Positions 7,934-16,140 of a stretch of DNA of 36,671 bases are shown piece by piece. This stretch comes from a virus: the IMG/VR virus record IMGVR_UViG_3300020731_000011; one strand, written 5' to 3'. The notes below the pieces were generated by a model, which worked only from the letters and a program-made list of their open reading frames with translations, did not search any database and had not been told where the DNA came from. The translations under genes were made by a program, and so were the position numbers. Each line of letters starts with the position of its first letter. The stretch's first letter is position 1.

Positions 7934-8498
7934 ATTAAATATTTGGCGCAGATTCTGTCTTAATTGGAAATTTGAATACAGATTTTTACATAAAGATTTT
8001 TATTATGGAATAAAAAATCTTATTCGCTGGTTTAAAATAATCTGGAAGGACAGAGATTATGATCATAGATATATATTTGATATTCTAAAGACAAAACTTA
8101 AACATCAAGCTTATTATATAGGTGAAAAAAATAGACATGTAAGTGCAAAGAGAGATGCTCAATTAATGATGACATGTGTAAGACTTATTGATAAAATTCA
8201 ATCTGAATTTTATGCACATGAATATATGAATTATCATCATTGCGAATATTTATGGATTCCTTTAGAAGATAATAAAGATTATAGTACACTTAAAATAAAT
8301 GAGATATGGGAAAAATTTGATGGTTATTTTAAAAAGTATAAACATGCATATAAAGAAGTAACAAAACATGAAAAATTTATACTTGAAAATGATAGTAAAA
8401 TTAATATTGCAATAAATATAGGGCATTATATGGAGAATAAAGCTAATAGAATTTTATTTGATATATTAGAGAATCATATACATAATTGGTGGGATTAA
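7920..8498 (+). CDS. Phage hypothetical protein
   Basis: 192-aa ORF with KNLIRWFKIIWKDRDYD and a WWD C-terminus. Confidence 0.8.
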   Translation: MKKTKLNIWRRFCLNWKFEYRFLHKDFYYGIKNLIRWFKIIWKDRDYDHRYIFDILKTKLKHQAYYIGEKNRHVSAKRDAQLMMTCVRLIDKIQSEFYAHEYMNYHHCEYLWIPLEDNKDYSTLKINEIWEKFDGYFKKYKHAYKEVTKHEKFILENDSKINIAINIGHYMENKANRILFDILENHIHNWWD

Positions 8499-8510
8499 CT
8501 TAGAATATCG

Positions 8511-8547
8511 ATTTCCTTTTTCTTTTTTTATTTATTAATTTTACTGC
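8511..8547 (+). promoter_or_regulatory. Putative promoter variant ATTT-N21-TAnTTTTACTGC
   Basis: Same layout recurs at 9651-9687, and the spacing matches the 1513-1545 promoter. Confidence 0.45.
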
Positions 8548-8565
8548 GTAATATATACTATATCA

Positions 8566-8736
8566 ATGGAATTGATTCTTCATATCATAGGGCTTTGTCC
8601 AGATCATTATAATCATCTTGATATATTAGATACTCTTGCAGTATTAAGTCTTTCAGATTTGATCTGGAGCGCTAAATTGGCATATTCTATATTCTTAATA
8701 AAGGTTAATCATATTTTAAAATCATGGCTAAATTAG
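8566..8736 (+). CDS. 56-aa small protein (not in ORF track)
   Basis: MELILHIIGLCPDHYNHLDILDTLAVLSLSDLIWSAKLAYSIFLIKVNHILKSWLN, overlapping the uvsE start. Confidence 0.6.
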   Translation: MELILHIIGLCPDHYNHLDILDTLAVLSLSDLIWSAKLAYSIFLIKVNHILKSWLN

Positions 8737-9644
8737 GTTACTGTTGTATTTCTCTAGGAATTAATCTTGGAAAAGCCCATAAAGACTATATTTCTACTAA
8801 TCGTACTATGATACATAGAACTTTTATAGAAAAAGGTCTATCATATGTGTCTGAACTTGCAATTGCAAATATAGATGACTGCCAAAAAGTCTTAAAATAT
8901 AATATATCAAAGGGTATAAAATTATATAGACTTTCAAGTGATATGTTTGCATTCATGGGATTTTATGAATTTAGTCAATTGCCTAATTTTAAAACTATAG
9001 AATTTAAGCTTAAATCTCTTGGTGATTATATTAAATCTAATAATATTCGTGTAAGTTTCCATCCAGGTCCTTTTGATGTATTGGCTAGTGAAAATAGCGC
9101 AGTTGTAAATAAGACTATTATAGATCTTAATAGACATGCCCAATTATTAGATATGATGGGTCTAGACGCTACTCCATATTATCCTATTAATATTCATATC
9201 AATACTACAAAACCTACTAGAGAAGAGGCTGCAGCTAGATTTTGTACTAATTTTGCTAAATTATCCCCCTCATGTAAAAGCAGGCTTACTTTAGAAAATG
9301 ATGATAGTCCAAATCAATATTCAGTTAAAATGCTTTATGATCTAGTTTATACTAAAATAGGCATTCCTATAGTATTTGATCAACATCATTTTTTATATGG
9401 TCCTCAAGATCAAGATATGGAAAGTGCTTTAAAATTAGCATGTTCTACTTGGAATGTTACTCCAATTACTCATATGTCATCATCTAAATATATTGAAGAT
9501 AAAAAGAGTATTAAAACTGCACATGCTGACTATTTATATGAAGAGATACAGACATTTGGATTAGATTTTGATACTGAAATTGAAGCTAAAGCTAAAGATC
9601 TCGCTCTCTTTAAGTACATAAGTGATTTTAATTCATCACTTTAA
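8724..9644 (+). CDS. uvsE: UV damage endonuclease UvsE/UvdE
   Basis: Motifs LGYCC, YRLSS, SFHPG, INIH, LTLENDD, FDQHH, HMS, HAD and EAKAKD. Confidence 0.93.
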   Translation: MAKLGYCCISLGINLGKAHKDYISTNRTMIHRTFIEKGLSYVSELAIANIDDCQKVLKYNISKGIKLYRLSSDMFAFMGFYEFSQLPNFKTIEFKLKSLGDYIKSNNIRVSFHPGPFDVLASENSAVVNKTIIDLNRHAQLLDMMGLDATPYYPINIHINTTKPTREEAAARFCTNFAKLSPSCKSRLTLENDDSPNQYSVKMLYDLVYTKIGIPIVFDQHHFLYGPQDQDMESALKLACSTWNVTPITHMSSSKYIEDKKSIKTAHADYLYEEIQTFGLDFDTEIEAKAKDLALFKYISDFNSSL

Positions 9645-9650
9645 AGTTAA

Positions 9651-9706
9651 ATTTTCTATCTAAAAGAAAATTACTTACTTTTACTGCATATACTTTAATA
9701 TTTATA
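9651..9706 (+). promoter_or_regulatory. Tandem putative promoters: TACTTTTACTGC (9676-9687) and ATATTTATA (9698-9706)
   Basis: Both recurrent motifs lie in the intergenic gap before ATG 9729. Confidence 0.45.
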
Positions 9707-9728
9707 AACTAACAAAAACGTTTAAATT

Positions 9729-10226
9729 ATGAAAAAATCACTAGTTTTAGTAATTTTAATCGCCTTTTGTGGATTATTTCTATGCTTTACTGATTCTAAT
9801 ATTGAAAAATCAAAAGAATTAAATAAAGAAAATTTATATCAGGCCATTAAAGAAATGAATATTATCCATCCAGATATTGTATTTGCTCAAATAATGATAG
9901 AATCTGGAAATTTAAGTAGTGCATTGACTAAAAGTAATAATAATTTTTTAGGAATGAGATTTGCACATAAAAGACCAACTACTGCACTTGGATCTAAAAA
10001 AGGTTATGCAATTTATAATGGTTGGTATTCTTGTATTGAAGACTATTTATTATATCAGAATTGGATTTTAAAAGATAGAACATTTACTAGAAATCAATAT
10101 CTTGCCTATATTCAAAAACAATATTCTCAGTCTTCAAATTATAAAAAGAGTATTATTAGAGTATTAAAAGAAAATAAAGACTTTATAAAAGTACAAGATT
10201 CAATATTTGAAAGTCAAAGATTATGA
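9729..10226 (+). CDS. GH73/glucosaminidase-like peptidoglycan hydrolase with N-terminal signal/TM
   Basis: Motifs AQIMIESG and NNFLG, with a hydrophobic N-terminus. Confidence 0.8.
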   Translation: MKKSLVLVILIAFCGLFLCFTDSNIEKSKELNKENLYQAIKEMNIIHPDIVFAQIMIESGNLSSALTKSNNNFLGMRFAHKRPTTALGSKKGYAIYNGWYSCIEDYLLYQNWILKDRTFTRNQYLAYIQKQYSQSSNYKKSIIRVLKENKDFIKVQDSIFESQRL

Positions 10227-10750
10227 TCAAAATAAATTCAATATCAGAAATTATCTCAAATTTAGGAGACAAAAAGAGAATTATCTTAGTTGGAAAAGGC
10301 GCATCTGGTAAAGACTATGCAAGAACTGTACTTGAAAAAATAGGATATTCATATCAAATATCATATACTACTAGACCACCAAGATCAAATGAGAAGAACG
10401 GGGTAGATTATTGGTTTGTATCTAAAGATTGGTTTTTGAATATGGAGTTTTGGGATTATTTTTATGAGTCTGTAGAATTTAATACTTGGCATTATGGTAC
10501 ATCAAGAGAACAGATGAATAGGTACCACTGTTGTTTTATCATGACTCCTTCAGGAATATCTCATTTAAATGAAGATGATCGTAAAGATAGCTTGATTGTA
10601 TATTTTGATATACCTTTAGAAATTAGAAAGCACAGACTAAGCCAGCGTTCAGATGCAGATACTATAGAAAGAAGACTTGCCGCTGATGAAGAGGACTTTA
10701 AAGATTTTAAAAATTTTGACTTAATTATTACTGATCCAAATTATAAATAA
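10223..10750 (+). CDS. gmk: Guanylate kinase-like NMP kinase
   Basis: P-loop GKGASGKD, SYTTRPPRSNEKNGVDYWFVS and YGT. Confidence 0.88.
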   Translation: MIKINSISEIISNLGDKKRIILVGKGASGKDYARTVLEKIGYSYQISYTTRPPRSNEKNGVDYWFVSKDWFLNMEFWDYFYESVEFNTWHYGTSREQMNRYHCCFIMTPSGISHLNEDDRKDSLIVYFDIPLEIRKHRLSQRSDADTIERRLAADEEDFKDFKNFDLIITDPNYK

Positions 10751-10762
10751 AATCAAAATCAA

Positions 10763-10948
10763 ATGATAACCTACAAAAAAGATGACAGAGTAATATTCTC
10801 AACTCTAAAAGGAACTGTAAAAACGGGGTCTATAGTAGATGTAGATACTCGACAAATTGAAGATGAATATGAAGACTTTTATAAGATCATTCTTGAAAAT
10901 GGAAAAATTCATTTTGTTGATACGCATCACATTATAAGTAAACTATGA
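10763..10948 (+). CDS. Small SH3-like hypothetical protein
   Basis: Pattern YKKDDRVIF...GSIVDV...YKI. Confidence 0.6.
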   Translation: MITYKKDDRVIFSTLKGTVKTGSIVDVDTRQIEDEYEDFYKIILENGKIHFVDTHHIISKL

Positions 10949-11187
10949 TATCAAACTATAAAAGTCTTCTAAGAATAGGAGATGAATTATATGAAATTTT
11001 ACGAACTTTTTCAATTGAATATTTTTATAATAAAGAAAAATTATTAGTAAATAGTGCAATTGATCTATGGAAAGAACATTTATGTGCCGATTTTGTAGTA
11101 AAAAATACCGAAAGGTTTCTTTTTTGCAAAAAAATTGATACAATTGAATTTGAAATGATAAATACTGACGTCATTTTAGCAAACTAA
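10945..11187 (+). CDS. Hypothetical protein
   Basis: 80-aa ORF with an ATGA overlap to the previous gene. Confidence 0.7.
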   Translation: MISNYKSLLRIGDELYEILRTFSIEYFYNKEKLLVNSAIDLWKEHLCADFVVKNTERFLFCKKIDTIEFEMINTDVILAN

Positions 11188-11219
11188 AAAAATTTATGTA
11201 TATTTATAATTAAAAACTT

Positions 11220-11996
11220 ATGACAGATAATTTCGATTTACAAGGTTGGATGCGTAAGCAAAGACAAGGTCCTTACACGGGTCCAAAAGGTGCTGAAAAA
11301 GTAGCGCTTACATCTTCAAAACCAAAATCTAAGACAGGTCTAAATGAAGGTCTTATGGGTATGATTGATCTTCAACCAATCAATGGTATTATGAGAGAAG
11401 AGATGGACGAAAATTTTGATACAGCAACAACAGCAGAAGTATATGTATCACCTTCTGGTGAACATGAAGCTACAATTGAATTTAACGGTAAAACTGCTAG
11501 AGTTATAGAACGTACTGGTGAAGATATTGATAAATTCTGGAAGATGATTGCAAAGGCTGCTAAAAAAATGGGTGCAACATATATACATTCAGAAGAAAAT
11601 GATCCTGAGACAGAGAGCATAGAAGATATTCTTTCAAGTTCTATGAATGAAGATCAAGAAATGGATGAAGTCATGGGCCACGACCTTGATAAGAAATGGG
11701 AGGCTATTCCAGTAGAAGAAAAAGAAGAAATTCTTGATTCAGTAGATTTCTCAGAAGAAGGTCTTGCTGATTATGCTTACATGTCTTGGAAAATGATTCC
11801 TGAAGAAGTTCGTGAAGCTATAACTGATAAAGTTACAATGGCTAAGATTACTGAACCTGAAGAAGATGAAGATGAAAAGATCGCTAAATTAGCTTCAAAG
11901 AATGTAAAAAAAGGCGATAAAATGATAAAAGGTCTAAATCCAGACAAGGATATTCATGATCTTATCTATGGTGATGATGAGGATAATTTATATTAA
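11220..11996 (+). CDS. Highly acidic protein, possible internal head/scaffold-like virion protein
   Basis: E/D-rich and preceded by ATATTTATA (11200-11208). Several [ILM]-x-E sites. Confidence 0.6.
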   Translation: MTDNFDLQGWMRKQRQGPYTGPKGAEKVALTSSKPKSKTGLNEGLMGMIDLQPINGIMREEMDENFDTATTAEVYVSPSGEHEATIEFNGKTARVIERTGEDIDKFWKMIAKAAKKMGATYIHSEENDPETESIEDILSSSMNEDQEMDEVMGHDLDKKWEAIPVEEKEEILDSVDFSEEGLADYAYMSWKMIPEEVREAITDKVTMAKITEPEEDEDEKIAKLASKNVKKGDKMIKGLNPDKDIHDLIYGDDEDNLY

Positions 11997-12014
11997 TATT
12001 TAAATTTAAAATTT

Positions 12015-12251
12015 ATGTATATCATACTTTTAATTGGAACTCATATCTTAGCCGCTGTTATTGGTGCTGCTATATATGCAATTAATACTTTAAAAATAAA
12101 AAATACTGTAGAAGATATTAAAAAGACAGGTAGTAAACTTGAACTTTTAAAAGAAGATATAGTAAAAGAAATTAAAAATACAGAGACTTTATTGGAGTCT
12201 AAAGCTAAATCTGAAGAAAATAAAGCATCTCAGATTATAAGTAAATTATAG
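12015..12251 (+). CDS. N-terminal TM plus coiled-coil protein
   Basis: Hydrophobic N-terminus and K/E-rich helix. Confidence 0.7.
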   Translation: MYIILLIGTHILAAVIGAAIYAINTLKIKNTVEDIKKTGSKLELLKEDIVKEIKNTETLLESKAKSEENKASQIISKL

Positions 12252-12273
12252 GAAATTTAGCTTATTTTAAATT

Positions 12274-12314
12274 AAAAAATAAATCCTCAGTTTATATAGC
12301 TGAGGATTTTTATT
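12274..12314. terminator. Bidirectional intrinsic terminator between convergent blocks
   Basis: Stem AAATCCTCAG / CTGAGGATTT (12281-12309) flanked by A-rich and T-rich tracts. Confidence 0.85.
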
Positions 12315-12768
12315 ATGATATGATTGATATTGGCTGTGCGTCTTTTCTATAAAATTTACCTAGAATATTTTCACAGTAACTATCTACATGTAAAACTTTA
12401 TATTCAAATTGATAATAGACTTCATAATACGACATCTCTTTTTTAGATTCGCATATTCGTATGATCTCTCTTTTAAAATTTTCTTTTCCTAAAACTTTTA
12501 CATCTTCTAAAAGAGGTTTACAACTTCCAAAATACGACTCCCAATTGCTCTCTTTTATTACTACTTTTTTCTTTGGAATTCTACCTGGTTTATCCCACTG
12601 TAGTGATTCTTTTTTAGTAAGTGGTTTTTTAATTTTATTTTCTAAAATCTTCTTTCCTATATAGAATTTTCCAGTTTTTATGTTTGTAATCTTATATATA
12701 AATCCAATTGTCCCTGATGGAAATTGATCTATATTTTCTACAATCTCATTATTTAATAACCATTTCAT
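12313..12768 (-). CDS. GIY-YIG nuclease (T4 EndoII/Seg-like)
   Basis: GFIYKITNIKTGKFYIGKK, YFGS, FKREII and a conserved E. Confidence 0.8.
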   Translation of the reverse strand: MKWLLNNEIVENIDQFPSGTIGFIYKITNIKTGKFYIGKKILENKIKKPLTKKESLQWDKPGRIPKKKVVIKESNWESYFGSCKPLLEDVKVLGKENFKREIIRICESKKEMSYYEVYYQFEYKVLHVDSYCENILGKFYRKDAQPISIIS

Positions 12769-12771
12769 ATT

Positions 12772-13068
12772 TTAAGAATCGTATTTTATTATAAATGTAG
12801 TGTCTGTATGTCTTGATATAGGGTAAGGAGTGCTTAATTTACCTACTGCAAGAAGTTCATTTCTTGAATTATAAAGACCTACTGTAGTCGCATAGGGCAT
12901 AAAATCTGATCCAGAAACATTATCATTTAACGCACCAATAGATCCTGATTTTATAGCTGAAGGATTTAAAGTATAATTAAAATCATTCTCATTTACATGA
13001 CATCTCACTTCTGTTTGATAAATAGTAGTTTGAGAATTAAAAGACATTGTAAAAGGAAATAGTGTCAT
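12772..13068 (-). CDS. Tail/baseplate structural protein, C-terminal module
   Basis: ATG 13068 lies 1 nt after the upstream stop. TTVGLYNSRNELLAVGKLS is paralogous to the C-terminus of 14372-15433. Confidence 0.75.
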   Translation of the reverse strand: MTLFPFTMSFNSQTTIYQTEVRCHVNENDFNYTLNPSAIKSGSIGALNDNVSGSDFMPYATTVGLYNSRNELLAVGKLSTPYPISRHTDTTFIIKYDS

Positions 13069-13069
13069 A

Positions 13070-14362
13070 TTAAGAAAGATAAGAGCCTGATAAAAATGAG
13101 TATACATCTGAAATTTCACTAGATGATAATCTTCTATTATATATTAAAATGGTGCCTATGTTTAATGGAGTCTGTCCTATATATAATGATTGTGAAGCTG
13201 GGAATAGAGATGTATTATTATATGGTGATGTAGATATAAATCCACTAGAAGAATTATTAATAGATGAACTAATTTCTGTAGAAGCGGGTTGTGTAATATC
13301 TACTATATCTGTAAAAATATAACTAGTATTATCACTTATATTTTTATATGATATATTTGTTCCAGAATCACCTATTAAATTTGTTTGTATTCTATATGGA
13401 ATACCTGGAAATCCATTTGAGAATTGATCAATAATATTAATACTACTTGTATATGGTGATAATTTTAATATAGTATTTGAAAATGATGCTGTTGATGTAA
13501 TTAATGGTTTTTTAAATACTATAAATACAGTTAAGGCAGATGCGCCTTCACTACCACTCATGTAATTATAACTTTTAAATCCATTATTAGATGATCCGCT
13601 AGTAAGAAAATGTACTCCTGGTTGTGAATTAAATACAGATGAAGATAATATAGGTGGCACTGTATTTCCATTGGGGTATAAATCATTTCCATATCCACTT
13701 TGATCATACCACACTTTAACACTATTTGAACCATCACCAGCTAAAGAAATTCCTATATTAGAATAATATTCTCCAATCAATCCATCTCTCACTGTTAACC
13801 AATTTGATTGCATAATTAGATCTACATAGTCAGGATTTGTAATTATAATTATTCCTTGATTATATAAAATATTACCTACATGTACAGGTATATTACCATC
13901 AATAAGATTACCATTACCATCATCTGATATACTATAATGTATACCTCCATCATTAGAATTTATATTAAATGTATTCTTTGCTATATTTTCACCATATAAT
14001 GATCTTGGTATGGATATTACTGTTACTTTAGCATCAGAAGCAGTAGGAAAATATCTATAATCATTATTTTCATATAGCGTTCCTGAAGCAGCTGTAGATT
14101 GTGGATAATATTCAAAGCCACTTCCAGTATTTAAAAGAGATCCAGAAATATACTGCATATAGAATGAATTCTGGACTGATCTATATAATAGAAATGAGCT
14201 TGGGTAGCCACCAATTGGTGATAGAGGACCATTAATTCCTTGCGCTATATTAATACCATTATTTGAAAATGATGAACTTACATAAGAATTATTATATCCT
14301 ACTACTTTTATAGGAGTAACAGTAATATCAGATGCTTTTAATGTATTATAACTTCTTCCCAT
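13070..14362 (-). CDS. Tail structural protein with C-terminal LamG/ConA-like lectin domain
   Basis: The first ~185 aa are paralogous to 14372-15433, followed by WYDQSGYGND...ILIYNRRLSSSEI. Confidence 0.7.
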   Translation of the reverse strand: MGRSYNTLKASDITVTPIKVVGYNNSYVSSSFSNNGINIAQGINGPLSPIGGYPSSFLLYRSVQNSFYMQYISGSLLNTGSGFEYYPQSTAASGTLYENNDYRYFPTASDAKVTVISIPRSLYGENIAKNTFNINSNDGGIHYSISDDGNGNLIDGNIPVHVGNILYNQGIIIITNPDYVDLIMQSNWLTVRDGLIGEYYSNIGISLAGDGSNSVKVWYDQSGYGNDLYPNGNTVPPILSSSVFNSQPGVHFLTSGSSNNGFKSYNYMSGSEGASALTVFIVFKKPLITSTASFSNTILKLSPYTSSINIIDQFSNGFPGIPYRIQTNLIGDSGTNISYKNISDNTSYIFTDIVDITQPASTEISSSINNSSSGFISTSPYNNTSLFPASQSLYIGQTPLNIGTILIYNRRLSSSEISDVYSFLSGSYLS

Positions 14363-14371
14363 TTTATAATT

Positions 14372-15433
14372 TTACCAATCTATCTTAACACGTAGTAACA
14401 TTTCTTTTGTAAAATCTTTAGCAAGAGGTTTACTTAATTTTGCTACTGTGAGTAAATCACCATTATTATTATATAAACCCACTGTAGTAGGGAATGTTTG
14501 TGGACTATTTACTAGAGTTGGATAGATCAATTGACCACTAGATCCAGAAAGATATGAAGGATTATTACTATAATTATATTCTCCATTTTTAACTCTCACA
14601 AATACATAATTTGCTGATATAGTCTCTTGAGAATTAAGCTGAAAGCAAGTTCCTGATTTTATAGCATTGTATAAATTTGTATTATTTACTGAAGATGATG
14701 GTAGACCTGAAGAATAAGATCCAGAATCTATGCTAAGACCTATTCCACCACTCGCAGCAGGTAATTGAAGAGCATCTGGATTTAATATTAAAGTACCTAT
14801 ATCTGGTAAAAAAAATCCATAAGATCCTGATACAGTCCAACCTAGAGTAGATGAGCCATTGATCATAGTAGAACTTGCTTGACCATATGATCCTGATATT
14901 AGATTATAAACCCTTCCACAGTCTTTATATGTTATTGTTTTATTTTGATTTTGAACATCTACACTATCATCTGTAAGATTTATAGTAGTACCGCCATTAG
15001 TTAGACTTAATTTAGTAGTACCAGGAAATAGACTTTCTTTATATAGATTTCTATTTATATTTATTGCAAAAATATCATTTGATGCAGAATTTAGACCTCC
15101 AAAATTAAATAGTTGAGTCTCATCTGCATATACTAGATTTCTGTATTGACCATATGTAGTCCTTGATGGGCTCATATTTGGCACAAGCGGATTATATTGC
15201 TGACTACCTAATCCATTTATATTGCCATATGCGATAGAGAACTGTATTGTTGCGCCCGAAGCAGTCGGGTTTGTATTATATACATCTAAATAAAATTGAG
15301 GCGCAGGAGACTGATTTGATGCGCTTATCATATTAACTGTAGTCAAAGTTGGTAGACCTGTTGACCACATTGGTTGAACTACTGAATCTGAACTTACTAC
15401 GAAGTCTGTTGTATCTAATGCTGTAAATGACAT
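14372..15433 (-). CDS. Tail/baseplate structural protein
   Basis: S/G/T/N-rich with C-terminal TTVGLYNNNGDLLTVAKLSKP, inside the structural operon. Confidence 0.7.
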   Translation of the reverse strand: MSFTALDTTDFVVSSDSVVQPMWSTGLPTLTTVNMISASNQSPAPQFYLDVYNTNPTASGATIQFSIAYGNINGLGSQQYNPLVPNMSPSRTTYGQYRNLVYADETQLFNFGGLNSASNDIFAININRNLYKESLFPGTTKLSLTNGGTTINLTDDSVDVQNQNKTITYKDCGRVYNLISGSYGQASSTMINGSSTLGWTVSGSYGFFLPDIGTLILNPDALQLPAASGGIGLSIDSGSYSSGLPSSSVNNTNLYNAIKSGTCFQLNSQETISANYVFVRVKNGEYNYSNNPSYLSGSSGQLIYPTLVNSPQTFPTTVGLYNNNGDLLTVAKLSKPLAKDFTKEMLLRVKIDW

Positions 15434-15442
15434 ATTATATTA

Positions 15443-16102
15443 TTAGCTTTGAGTTATTGTTACTGGTATTGAATATCTTGCACCTGAATCACGACCTACT
15501 ATAGTAAGTATTGTCTGTAATGTAGAAGTAGAACTTGATCCAAATAGAGATTTTATAGTAGTAGCTGTCATATTTAAAGTAGTACCTATTACTGTCTTAG
15601 ATACATTTGTACCTATAGTTGTAGTACTATTTAATGAAGTGGCTTCTGGAGTATTGATACCGACACCTGTAAATGAAGACATTGTACGAACATCACCAAT
15701 TGTAAATTGATACCCAGATGTTTCATAATAAGTACTAGATCCATTATAATTTGCAGTAGATGGTGTAATACTTAATGGAGAACCAATTACTAGAGATATA
15801 TTACCTGGTACAGAACTTATAACTGGAATTGCACCTGTACCTCTAGGTAAAGTTAAAAGTTTATATTTCATTATCTCCTGATCTTCTGGAAATGCTTGAA
15901 TAACTGGCATTGCCTGTATTGCTTCTCCATAGAATGCAGAACCAGATGGATGATAAGGATTATAAAGACTATAATCTACTTCATCATCTGCAAGACTAAA
16001 TTGTGTGATCTGAAAGCTTCCGTCATTTCTTGCTAAAAGTTCTCTTCCTTTTTTTGTTAAGATGGCGTCAATAACCACCGATGTACTGTCTAAATAAGCC
16101 AT
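15443..16102 (-). CDS. Structural protein with tail-collar-fibre-like N-terminus
   Basis: AILTKKGRELLA...ITQFSLADD. Preceded by ATATTTATA (16126-16134, minus strand). Confidence 0.65.
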   Translation of the reverse strand: MAYLDSTSVVIDAILTKKGRELLARNDGSFQITQFSLADDEVDYSLYNPYHPSGSAFYGEAIQAMPVIQAFPEDQEIMKYKLLTLPRGTGAIPVISSVPGNISLVIGSPLSITPSTANYNGSSTYYETSGYQFTIGDVRTMSSFTGVGINTPEATSLNSTTTIGTNVSKTVIGTTLNMTATTIKSLFGSSSTSTLQTILTIVGRDSGARYSIPVTITQS

Positions 16103-16140
16103 TTTATTTTATATGCTTTTATGTTTATAAATATATACTA

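Noticed and set aside
12313-12768. Mobile homing endonuclease or intron
   Set aside because: It is a single short GIY-YIG domain without an evident DNA-binding extension, it interrupts no gene, and it sits as the last gene of the operon.
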